Positions 1-14,888 of a DNA stretch of 64,000 nucleotides are shown here, piece after piece. This stretch comes from Trichinella spiralis (lineage: Eukaryota), in the NCBI RefSeq assembly GCF_000181795.1, contig NW_003526943.1, positions 6,788,122-6,852,121 of the forward strand. The letters are read 5' to 3'. Made by a program: the position numbers and the translations under genes. The notes beneath the pieces were generated by a model that was given only the letters and a program-made list of their open reading frames with translations, had not been told where the DNA came from and made no database searches. How positions within the stretch are numbered: position 1 is the stretch's first letter; each line of letters starts with the position of its first letter.

Positions 1-501
1 ATTCAATGTTGTACATATTATTTCATTTGCAAATGCTTTTGGCAGATATATCTAAATGGTAAAATGAATATGCAATATTACTAAAATATGAAATTTAATT
101 AATTAATTATAGTTAACATTGTTCGATTTAGTATATGAAAGTGCATAGGTGAATAAGAGTTGTTTTTGGTGTAAACCAGTGAGCTTAGTGAATGTAATTG
201 CATGCGACAGTTACAGTATCAGTGAAAAGTAAGAATTATTTGTCATGGTTGATAATGAACCTGCCAGAAATAAAGTCAGCTTTTACATATTACAGTACTT
301 AATGCAGTTTATATACATTACGTTTTAGTAGGTGGTAATGGTGTTAAGCATGAAGCTTATGCTGTACTATTATTTAATGACAGTACATTTTTGTTCGTTT
401 TGAAATGTTTGCATTTCCATGGTTTGTATTATGAACATATTTGAAGAAAATGAAGAAAGGTTTGTTATTTTTTAGCCATACTGATGTAAATTTGTATTAA
501 G

Positions 502-3827
<3,326 letters not shown>

Positions 3828-4071
3828 ATGAAGCTCGCCAAATATGCGTCGATATTTGTAATGGTTTCTGTCTATTTTAAGTTGGTGTTATGTTGCCCAT
3901 TGTGACATCTGCTGATTACTTGATGATAGATAGTTTCGATTTGATAGTGTTGCTAGTGAATATGAACTGCTTTTCATTATTTTTTGCAGTTTTTAATATG
4001 ATAGTGGATTTTTTGAGCTTATCGGTTTGATTAATTTCAACTATTTGTGCATTAAAATTTTCTCTTCCTAC

Positions 4072-4384
4072 TGTAGATCGTTCATGTAGACGCCATAGAT
4101 TACAGTTACCTGACATGTGCCGCGCTCGATCTCAAACAGTATTCCACAAAACGCTTTTGATAGAACAAACAGACTTTATTCTGTGCTTTAACGACGATCT
4201 AACAATCGTTGAACAAAGGACACAGTCGCATACAAGAACGACACAACGCAGCCAAGACATGCCAAACAACATCGTATTATCTCATTTTTCACGCCCGCTT
4301 TTATTCTGCATTTGCGAGATATTTTGCTTCTTTGTGTCAACAACGTTCCTTTTTAGCTCACGTTAGCCGTTAATTGTGGTAACA
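4072..4384 (-). mobile_element. Solo LTR-like element (~313 bp)
   Basis: Minus strand reads TGTTACC...GATCTACA (TG...CA termini) with an internal AATAAA and higher GC than the flanks. No target-site duplication recognised. Confidence 0.55.
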
Positions 4385-4612
4385 CGTGACTTTTCAATTT
4401 GTAACAGGTCGAAAGAGATTTATTGTTATTAAAAATACTTTATATGGGATGCTTGCAAGAAAACGAGTATTTGAAAAACCAAAACTATTTTTAAACAATT
4501 TTAATATCTATTTTATGAAAAACAGGTTGCAAGGCAATAATTTCAATGACACGAACATTCGCATATTGGAATAGAAATGCCAAAACATTTTCTTCGTTGT
4601 TANNNNNNNNNN

Positions 4613-5176
4613 CCAAAAAAAGGATGGATGGTAAACAGTTTTTTGATACCATTGTGGTACAACCTTGAATGTACCATCCAATGCCCAGGTTTGCCTGGTT
4701 GCCATCAGTCTAATGTGGTACCCGTCGCAAATACCAGTATATGCCTGGAGTTACTTTGGCACAATAAAAAGTCTTCCCCAGACTTCGTTGTTTTAAACTG
4801 ATCTGGTATTACCAGATCATGGCGGTGTTCAGGAAGTCTGGGGAAGCGCTTCGCCCGATGTTTATACATTGTGGCTCGCACCCGCTTGAAAACCGGAAAA
4901 TGCCCGGATGTAGAAGGCTCAGCGGACGCGGCAGAGGCTTCTTCATCATATATTGCGGGGATGGGCTTCATTTCATCGGCACTTCGTTTTTTTAGAAGTG
5001 CCTTCTTCTCCATTTTATATTCGTCGTCATTCGTCTACCTGGCAGGTTTCAACGTGATCTTTTCGATTGATCACGGCCGTAACTTCTAAATCTGTCCATA
5101 CTGCACCCTTGCAGCCTTTTTTGTCCTATACCAAAGTAAGGTAATTGTTAATAACAAGGAACGCATGCTGTACATT
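4613..5176 (-). mobile_element. MULE (Mutator-like) transposase fragment, near-identical to 8028-8592, bounded by N gaps
   Basis: Encodes MEKKALLKKRSADE...HILVFATG and WALDGTFKVVPQWYQ. Matches the second copy except for a few single-base indels. Confidence 0.85.
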
Positions 5177-6699
5177 NNNNNNNNNNAAGTTTTCTCGATT
5201 TGATTTTGTTTATAAATTTCTATTTCATTGCCTGCCTAATAAACTGAAGAATGTATTCTGTGGTATGATAATTTGGTGATGAATTGAGCTCTTTTTTTTC
5301 TTTTTGACTTTTCTGCTCTAATTTTATGTATTGTTCTTTTTTGTACGTTGATGCAGTGGAATAGATGATTGCATCAAAATTATCTCAAACCAGCCAGCCA
5401 GTTGATGGTAATTGTGGACCTGTTTGTTTTTTATTCATGGAAATGAAAGTTCGGTTGAATTGCACTTACCACCGTATCTAAGTATGCATTTTGCTTTCTT
5501 TTTTTCTTAAAATATAAATATGTGATTGTCGTGGTGACGCTAATGCCGAATAATGATGTTGACTCAAGCCAGCAATCGAAGACGATTGGCTCCCAACTGC
5601 TAACATCAAAGTATGCGCTGTCCACTGCAGTGAGTGAATTTGAAGCAGCTTTAACTGCTATTCTGCTTGGTGCTGTCCATCGCTTTCATTTCGCTTTCAA
5701 AATGTTTTACTTTTATTTATCTGAGTTCATCAGATAAATTTCGTTTTAGCTGGCAATTATATGAGATTTATGCATAAGATGCTTTTCTAATTGTCAAAAA
5801 ATGTTCTGAAGAGTAGCTTAATGCGATTGTAATACAATGAGGAAGTCAACAAGTGATTAATTGTCTACATCTGCAGTTTGAGTTAAAATTAGGACTGGCA
5901 ATTGCTAATTTTTGTTAGCATTGAAATACTTTTCTGATTTTGTTGGCTTGTTCTCTGAAAAGTTTTCTGGTTTGCAAACAAATTTTATCTTCAATCTTTC
6001 CAAAGTTTGTTTCTTTTGCTCCTGTTCACCAGAGTTATTGTTTTCTTTCGTATATTTCATTTAAATAAAAAATTAAAAATTTGCAATATTATTTACAAAT
6101 CAAAAAACAAATTTATTTTTTTGGTGTAAATTGTAAACTTGCTATTTTTACATCTGAACAAAACCGACTAGTGCGTTGGTGAACACTTAAATTGCCATCT
6201 GTTTTCATTTCCATTTGCAGCCTTTCAGTGTATACTTCAATGATTACGAAATATTTAAACATTCCGCATCAAAAGCAGCGCCTATGATATAGCTGATCTG
6301 TTTGATGTTGTATTTCAAATTACATTTAAACTTGGTTAAGTGAGCATGGAATTTAAAAAGAATTTTCATGCACTTATCCATTATTTTACCGTTTAATTAA
6401 CTACAGGAATTTTTTTCGACCAAAATATTATGCACTTAACCAAGTTCGACTGTGTTTTATATGAAATGTATGAACGTCAAACAGGATTTTTTATACAAAC
6501 AGCAAACCTCATCGACATGTATAAAAATACATATATGGATGTTTCGAAACGAAAGAAGCTTTGCAAAGATTAAAGTAAAATTCTTGGATTGCAAACAAAA
6601 AAGTGCATTATTGCTTATTAATTTTAATCAGGTTTAAAATTACAATTTGTTTCGTGAACTTCAAAATTATTTTATGCTCTTCAAAGAGCCAGTTTATGA

Positions 6700-6815
6700 G
6701 CATAAAACACATTGCGAGCGTCGTGAAAGCGGAAAAATGTTGCTTCGGGCTTTATGTCTCTGTGTGAATAGTGATTTCACCCACACTGTTCGAACACTTC
6801 GTGCCGGTACTCATA
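6700..6815 (-). pseudogene. Degenerate protein kinase catalytic-loop relic, possibly TGF-beta/activin receptor type
   Basis: Minus strand YEYRHEVFEQCG*NHYSHRDIKP (HRDIKP at 6747-6764) followed by frameshifted SNIF. Resembles receptor Ser/Thr kinase xYLHE...KPAISHRDIKSKN. Confidence 0.35.
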
Positions 6816-7914
6816 TTACTAATTCAACCGGTATCAGATGACGTGCATTCGGCCGTATCTGTACCCATGGCTTATGTTGTTATAAAAGTATATAAGAGAA
6901 ATGTTCCAGTGCTGATAAGTGAATGATTATTTTAAATTGCTTCTTCAGCAGTTAACGTTTAGCAGTAACATCTGGAAATTACTGCAAACTCATTGTTTGC
7001 TTTAGTTACCGAAGCACAAAAATTATGTTTTGAACAAAAAGTAAATTATTTTGCTATCATGAGTAAAAAATTATTTATTTATATGAATAACAGTTTAGGG
7101 TAAAACGCAGTTGAAGGACAATGATATCACCCATTAAGCATAGTGTGTTAATGAAATGTGGAACCAAATCTGAGTTCATTGCAGATGACAAATCAAGTTA
7201 TTTAGATAATTGCGAAATCATCACGATCAAGATAACATGGTATACATTTCATAGAAAGAGATAGGAAAAAAATAATGCAATTTCAAAGCATAGTTTTCCA
7301 TTAAAATGTGCCCATTTTTTCGAGTTTTATTGATTTTGCTTATTTTAGGGAGGGTCAATTCCGGGACAAATTTTCACGGTCTAATTTTACTGGTCGTTGA
7401 ACTCGCTGTTTCATTGGACCTTCAATTTGTCGTCTTATTAGTTTTCCTTATCTAATTGCTCATTGATTCAAACTCTTCAGTTGTGATTAGCTGTAATATT
7501 CTTCATTTCATTGGTTCAAATATTCCATTTAGGATTATGTAACTTTAATAGTGGTGACGTAACATTAATAAGGAAAATATTCCTAATTTGGGAATTGTTT
7601 CAATCAAGATTTATAAGTTTTGTTGATTTATAAGTTCAAGATTCATTGAAATTTTGTTTTTCCAATATATTATTAGTGAAGTTTATACTTTTTAGTGATC
7701 AACGTTTTCAATAATAACTTTTATCATTATTCTATATTTTATTGTACCACAGTGACGTTATATCAAATGCGATAATAATAATTCAGAAAAAAACAATACG
7801 ATACAAAAATAAATTAAATAGTGATTTTGATTTTTCACGAATCAAGAGCAGCAACAACAACAGTAAAGAACAGTCAACAACAACAACAATAAACAACATA
7901 ACAGTGAACTATAT

Positions 7915-8760
7915 TAACAAAGTGGTATCAGAGAGATTTCAAAATCACAAATTATTGTTTGTGGATTAAGATTGACGTAAGATCTTTATCCGTACATAAA
8001 CAATAGATTGCTGGCACCAGCTTGCCCGCCAAAAAAGGTATGGATGGTAAACAGTTTTTGATACCATTGTGGTACAACCTTGAATGTACCATCCAATGCC
8101 CAGGTTTGCCTGGTTGCCATCAGTCTAATGTTGGTACCCGTCGCAAATACCAGTATATGCCTGGAGTTACTTTGGCACAATAAAAAGTCTTCCCCAGACT
8201 TCGTTGTTTTAAACTGATCTGGTATTACCAGATCATGGCGGTGTTCAGGAAGTCTGGGGAAGCGCTTCGCCCGATGTTTATACATTGTGGCTCGCACCCG
8301 CTTGAAAACCGGAAAATGCCCGGATGTAGAAGGCTCAGCGGACGCGGCAGAGGCTTCTTCATCATATATTGCGGGGATGGGCTTCATTTCATCGGCACTT
8401 CGTTTTTTTAGAAGTGCCTTCTTCTCCATTTTATATTCGTCGTCATTCGTCTACCTGGCAGGTTTCAACGTGATCTTTTCGATTGATCACGGCCGTAACT
8501 TCTAAATCTGTCCATACTGCACCCTTGCAGCCTTTTTTGTCCTATACCAAAGTAAGGTAATTGTTAATAACAAGGAACGCATGCTGTACATTCAACATTT
8601 CTTCTGTTTGCCCGTGTATTTCAATTTGTATGATCTTCCTTCAAAAACAAGGGCCATACTGCCACCACGATTCGGTACAAGACACAGCACAGGAATATCA
8701 GCCATTGTGAAAATGCTGAACAGAACAGAAAGTAATTCGGATAACTCGGGAAAGCAATAA
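7915..8760 (-). mobile_element. Defective MULE transposon (FLYWCH + MULE transposase) with stop, insertion, frameshifts and internal deletion
   Basis: MADIPVLCLVPNRGGSMALVFEGRSYKLKYTGKQKKC* then DKKGCKGAVWTD...H (FLYWCH-like), LDGTFKVVP (first catalytic Asp), and after a deletion NLNPQTIICDFE (second Asp motif, ~7930-7975). Confidence 0.9.
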
Positions 8761-8919
8761 GTTGCGATGCGGAAAGTTTCGAGTGATATTTTTAGATATT
8801 CAATCTGACTTGACCTAAATTCCAACTCCAATAGCTTGCATTATCAAACTGTCACTCTGTCAAAATTTGTGACTGATTTATTGGAACAACTGCCGTTGTT
8901 TACTGGGAAAAGAAGCAAC

Positions 8920-9178
8920 TGTTGTCGTTACTGAACCAGAGAACAACAACTTAACAAGCAGAGTTGCGTTCAGATCGTGTAGAGAGTTGTTGGTGTGATC
9001 CTTTTCGTTTGTACTTTGCCTGTGTTCGATTGTATATTCAATAAAATATATTCGAGATTATCATATACGAAAGGCGAGATTTGTGAAATTCAAATTTAGC
9101 CGCGAAAGAAGACAGTTAGTTGTAGAACCTAATTGTCTATAACAAAGTGTAGTACGATTACCCTGCAAGTCTACTACA
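8920..9178 (+). mobile_element. Solo LTR-like element (~260 bp)
   Basis: TGTTGTCG...CTACTACA termini with internal AATAAA near 9040. 5' boundary uncertain and no TSD seen. Confidence 0.4.
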
Positions 9179-9660
9179 CACCAAATATATAAATAAATTT
9201 GTTTTTTGATTTATAAATAATATTGCAGATTTTTAATTTTTTATTTAAATAAAATATATGAAGGAAAACAATAACTCTGGTGAACAGGAGCAAAAGAAAC
9301 ATTGGAAAGATTAAAGGTAAAATTCGTTTGCAAACGAGAAACATTTTCAGAGAACGGCAAAGCAAAATCAGAAAAGGATTTCAATGCTAACAAAAATTAG
9401 CAGTTGCTTGTCCTGGTTTTAATTCAAACTGCAGCTGTGGACAATTTATCACTTGTTGACTTTCCCTTTGTATTAGAGCAATTTCTAACAAATGGATAAG
9501 CGCATCTAATGCATAAATCTTATATAATTGCCAGCTAAAACGAAATTTATCTGATGAACTCAGATAAATAAAAGTAAAACATTTTGAAAGCGGAATGAAA
9601 GNNNNNNNNNNTATTATGTGTTTGGTAAAGATATCATGGTTGATGATAAACAAATGAAAG

Positions 9661-9988
9661 GAAATATTAATTTCCATGACAAATAACGGTTTCTTTGTGC
9701 CGGATGACACTGCCGATTATATGCAAAAATTCAAAGAATTTCCTGAAAAAGCTATAAATTGGAAAACTGTTACCAAAGTGATCGTACCAGAGATTATCAT
9801 CGGTGCTGATGGCGAAATGTCCACAAAACGAAATGTGGATGAATCACAAAATAAACTACTCCCTGAAATTGTTCATATCTATGTAACAATATTATTTTGA
9901 AATACTTAATTATTTTTAAACATAATATTTTTTTGCTTTTTAGATTGATCCAAAAACAAATGCAATTAAAATAATCGATAAGAACTAA
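9661..9988 (+). CDS. Hypothetical protein, 3' exons only (5' part broken by N gap or degenerate)
   Basis: Exon 9661-9870 (EILISMTNNGFFVPDD...LLPEI), GT-AG intron 9871-9943, exon 9944-9988 (IDPKTNAIKIIDKN*). No family recognised. Confidence 0.4.
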
Positions 9989-10985
9989 TCAATCAATGGA
10001 TATATTCAATCACATTATGATATTATAAAATGCTGTTTAATAACATATTAAAACATTTATATAATAAATGAATTTGAATTCTGATTTAATTTGAAATGTA
10101 AATTTTACGTTTTACCGTACACTAAGTGATTTTGATTTGAAATACAATTTTCATGCATAAAATAAAATTACGCATTCGTTTATATTAATAATGTTCTTTA
10201 ATTGCTTTAGCTGAAAATTCCAGAAATTTTCAAACAAGGATTTCACATTCACATTTTTCATTTATAATATTTTGATCGCTGATAAAAAAATCGCTGTTGA
10301 TCAAAAATGTGGAACTATCTAAACTAAGCCAATACTTATTTAACGACACAAATATTATTATAAAGCGTAATTTAATCAAGATTATTATTAATAACGTAAA
10401 TTGTATGACATTTTATTTTTACTGAAATAAATTATTCTTTGTAAAACTGTATATTGAAATGCAAAATCAGAACATGGTTATTGTCAAGGAAGGAAATATT
10501 TTATTGAATTAAAGTACTTCAGTTAAAGTGCTCGGGTTTTCAAACTGCTTAATCTTCCTGTCGCTTTTCATTTTTACCGTTCCAGCTTAGCATCGTCAAA
10601 ATTATTTGTTTAATACTTTTACATCTTTTACTTTTCATTCACATATTGACTAAAATACATAATGAAATAAATGATCTTTCATTAAATGATAAATAATACT
10701 AAACTATGTTTCAATTTCACTGCTGCTTTGCATTTCTTATGCATATCACGCAGCACATACTGGAAGAATTATTATAAGTGCATATTAAATAAAAGTAATA
10801 ATAATTATAATAGCACCAGAAAATTCATTTTGAGCTACGTTTAAACCATGCTAAAATTTACAGAATAATGCTTTAAATCCAGACACTTTAAAATACGAGT
10901 AGTTTCAATTTCAAAGGTGCAATTTGTAAATCAGTATTTTATTTTGCTTCCCTGCACAACACGCTTTTCCATTTATTGTGCGAGA

Positions 10986-11376
10986 ATGGAAAACAAATGC
11001 GAAACAAATTTCGCAACATTGGAAGAAGCCCTGCAAAAGGAATTCAAGAAAGTTGTTCAGCTGTGTTTTCTTGATATGGACATGAGCATGCTGCGTGATG
11101 TCATAAAAATAACGTTTAGCACGTTGGAAAAATATAATGATGAAAGAGATGTGAAATTATTTTTTATTTCATTAAACTTCGCGAAAGTGAAAATAATTCT
11201 AATATTTATTTCAGATTGCAAAAGCAATAAAATTAACATTAGATGAGAAGTATATGCCACCGTGGCATTGCATTGTTGGTCGGAAATTTTCTTCGAAAGT
11301 TACATTTGAAGACGGTCATTGTGTACACTTCGTCGCTGGAAACAAGGGCTTTCTGCTTTTTCGTGGAAAATACTAA
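10986..11376 (+). CDS. Dynein light chain LC8-family protein (divergent, ~108 aa)
   Basis: Exons 10986-11150 and 11215-11376 give ...DMDMSML...LEKYNDERD|IAKAIKLTLDEKYMPPWHCIVGRKFSSKVTFE...FLLFRGKY*, matching the LC8 motif EKDIAxxIKxxFDxKYxPTWHCIVGRNFGSYVT. Confidence 0.92.
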
Positions 11377-12313
11377 TGCTTTAAATTACAATTTAATTTT
11401 CATTTAAATAACAATTTACGTATGTAAAACTATGAAGATAATTATTCTGTTTGCAATAATAAAATGTTCATAGTATTATAATGTGTCATATTGTTAACAA
11501 TTCATTTTCAATTAAATTTTAATTAAAAAATATTGGTGCATTGTAAACGTACGGTATATTGTATAAAGAAATAAAACAACTGACATCATTTCAATTATTT
11601 AATATAAATATTTTCTACATTATTCAAGACAAATTTGCAAATTGCATGGTATTACAAAATGTTTGATACATATCCTCTTTGGATTTGCATTACAAGCTAA
11701 CATCAATTTGGTTGCGCTTTTCATAGGATGATAGTAATTTCTTAAATATATTTTTGCAACATAAAGATGCCAAATTACTATATGCATTTAAAAGCTAATG
11801 TGTAATATTATAAGTCTACCCACGATTATATTTCCTTTTCAGCCTCAAAACAATATTATTTTATCAAGTACTTCCAAATGCACTAAAACTTTTATTAATA
11901 AACACAACAAATAATATACTAAAATAATGATGAGCATATACAGTTAGCAATCAAACTGTAAATGATAAATGCATAATATGCTTTCAGCTTTTGCGGCCGG
12001 GCTTTCACGCTTCTTCTTTTTTCTTAACCAGGACATTGGAAAATTTACAGTCACTTTTTCTGTATCAAGAAAATGCATATCTGCCGTAAGTATCAACAAA
12101 TGAAATTCTTACACCAAAATAAAGGCATTATTAAAGTCAACGAGCAATTATAAAATCAGTTCACTTTGTGAACTGTTATGCAACAAATACGCAATTAAAA
12201 AGCAAAGATTGATTGAGTGATTATGTGAATTATATAATGAAATCAAATATAAATGAAATATTATCATTTACATTATATTTGCCTAAATAATTAATAGATT
12301 TTACTTGTTTCTA

Positions 12314-13346
12314 TCAGTCTTTTCTTCTTTTGTAATGCAGCTGAAAAATTGAAAATTTGCCATTAATTATAAAGCTGATTTCTTAATTATGACATAAACA
12401 TACCAGTGGGCAATTCTGTATGCAGTGCCCTTCCTGCCTGCACCGCTTGCAGTAAGATGACCATGCTGATTTTCTTTTCCTTTGAGGAATTTTTACATAA
12501 CTAAAAGATGATATTTATAAATGATCACAACTCTGTATTTTACTTACTATTTTTGATCGTATGCTTCTGTGGATTCCTTCATCATCAGCATGATCCTTTC
12601 TTCTTCTGTTAAATTTTCTCTTGTTCCTGAAACTATCATGTTGTTTAATATATTTGTAGAATGGTATGTAACTGAAATTAAAGAAATCTCATATATTACA
12701 CATGTATGCAAATCTTATTTGAAATTGCTGTTATTTAAACTAATGTGTCATGGCGTATCAAAAATAACTTAGTTTTCTTTTATTTGATTGTTGGAATTAA
12801 AGAAATGAAGTGAAAATATATTGGATGAAGAAAAAAGAACATCTAAAAATGCAATTTTGTTTCTGCTCAAAACCTTCTTTAGAGTGCTCTCTGATGCTTA
12901 AAACAGAATAAAGCAAATAATTTTGAAAATGACATTGCAGTCATGCAATATACCGCAGTTTTACTCCCTTTAGCAGCCTTATGAAAGAAATTTCAGAATC
13001 ACCTATGTTATTAATGAATTCAATGTCAGCTTAATTTCTGGCCTATTCTATGATGGTGGAAGATGATAAGATGAGATTATTTTTATGCCTTCTCCAATGA
13101 ACTTACGCAACATGTACAAATGATTCTCAGTGCATTTTGTTACTTTTCCTCTGTTGCTTATTCTACAAATTGCTCAAAGTTTGCTACTTACGATTTTTTT
13201 CTTTTTTCACCAATGGTGCCTGCATACTTCCCTTTGCTGCACGGCTGTCTTCGTTGGTTTTTGGCGCCTTGTTCTCGTCCCGTACATCCGACATTCTTCT
13301 CGCTCTTCCGATTTGCAGAATGAGTTTCATCTAAATGCCATAACAT
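12314..13346 (-). CDS. Truncated RBBP6/Mpe1-like CCHC zinc-knuckle protein (no DWNN, no RING); may be a pseudogene
   Basis: Exons 12671-12548 (LTEEERIMLMMKESTEAYDQKY), 12500-12404 (YVKIP...SYCKRCRQEGHCIQNCPL; CX2CX4HX4C) and 12340-12314 (LHYKRRKD*). Resembles RBBP6 SEEDKIKAMMSQSGHEYD...YTCFRCGKPGHYIKNCP. Upstream exons are phase-compatible but the start is uncertain (13294 or 13346). Confidence 0.65.
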
Positions 13347-14672
13347 CAGAGGAGGATATCGTTTGCTCTGCTATTTCATTGGCTGAGCTCAGTGACCCGT
13401 ACTTGCTTGTGTTCACAAAAAATGCTTTGTTCTTCTAGCTGTAGATTTCACTGATGTCCTACATAGATGTTGTGATAAACAAACTTAAGCTTAATTCTGT
13501 AATTTATTGTTGAATATCAGACCAGATGTTCATTCACTTTTGTTTATGTCTTAGTATTGTTATCTCCCCAATAATTAAGAAGGTGTGACATAATAATATA
13601 ATTATGTGTAATTTCGTTCATTGTAATTTGATAACGTTATTAACAACAAATGATTTGCACGTACTCATTTTTAATTGCACTTTCTCTAATCCACTTTTGT
13701 TGCTATGTTCATTGTCATTCGAAACACTCTGTTTGGCTTATTTCTCTAATTGAACAGTTATTATCCACAATGCTGCATTTTTAGTTTGAACTTTTAGTTA
13801 CCATTTTTATTATTTACTTAATATATTCATATTTTATGTTAAAAAAACGATTTTTCTTCTGATTGCATGTAGCAATTTTTTGCAGCATGCCATTGGAATG
13901 CATTTGTCATGTAATTTTCAATATTTCCTTTGTAAAAAATTTTATTTGAAGCTTAATAACAATTAATGAGGAGTCTTTAAGATAGTAATTTATCGAAAGC
14001 TAATTTCGATTGAAAACAATCACAAGAACCGTTTTTCATTATGATAGAAAAGGCAGTAGCAATTGGTTTTGATTTATGATGTACTGTCTTATTAATGTAA
14101 ATGAAATGATGTGAAGTCGGAATAAATTCAAAATGCTTGTGTGAAGTAGAGAACTTTTATTTGAATTTTGTTCAATATGTTGAGACCAGCTTTTCCTAAT
14201 TTTAGAAGTTTATTCACATACTGACATTTTGAAGTTCGCCTTAAATTGCAGTTATGGCAATGCGCACTTGTGCTGTATTTTTTATCTCATGTAAATGTAT
14301 AATTGTATTCTCAATTCGCTGTTTATAATTAACACTTATACGAAATGTTGAAAATATTCTTATAATATACAATGTAATTAAATGTTATAATATAGACGGT
14401 GTAAAAAGTGAAAATTTATGGTTGTGTTTTTTATCAATAAAGCCAATGATTTTATTATATCCATTAATTTCAAATGTATGATTTTTCTTTAATATGGTAA
14501 ACTCATAAGCAATGCAAATATTATGCTGATAATATTTTTATTGCTCTTGTTCATTTTCATATTTTGATATATTTTTATCAACGCAGAAAATATTATGGAA
14601 ACTAAATTTTCAAATGCAGAAATGAACCCACGAAATTATTTTCATTGATTTACAGTACTTTCATGTCATTTT

Positions 14673-14888
14673 TTAACAAAATGCTTTTGTAGTGCTATTG
14701 TGTTTATTTTTCTGATGGAGGTAGTTTTGTCCTTCGGTAATTGCAATTTCTGTTTGTTTGATAAATCCCTGTTTTAGATATGTAGAAATTTTTGAAATTC
14801 CGTGTAGTTGAGAAAAATGGCAAATTTCTTGTATATGAGTTTTGAAATTCATTTCAGTATTCAAATCAATTTGCTTTTTGTATTTCAT
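14673..14888 (-). pseudogene. Possible DEG/ENaC channel N-terminal relic
   Basis: HIQEICHFSQLHGISKI aligns without gaps to the DEG/ENaC pre-TM1 HG motif (MEC-4-like HFKEFCYKTSAHGIPMI). No TM1 follows in frame. Confidence 0.3.

Noticed and set aside
5431..5625. TM-plus-basic segment (TITYLYFKKKRKQ) as part of the kinase relic
   Set aside because: It lies downstream of the kinase motif on the minus strand, the wrong order for a receptor kinase.
6715..6875. Structured ncRNA suggested by GAAA and UUCG tetraloop-like hairpins
   Set aside because: Stems are only 3-4 bp and no RNA family is recognised; the minus-strand kinase relic explains the GC content at least as well.
8541..8600. Spliceosomal intron restoring the MULE transposase
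   Set aside because: Both candidate GT donors leave or create a stop, and further frameshifts lie downstream.
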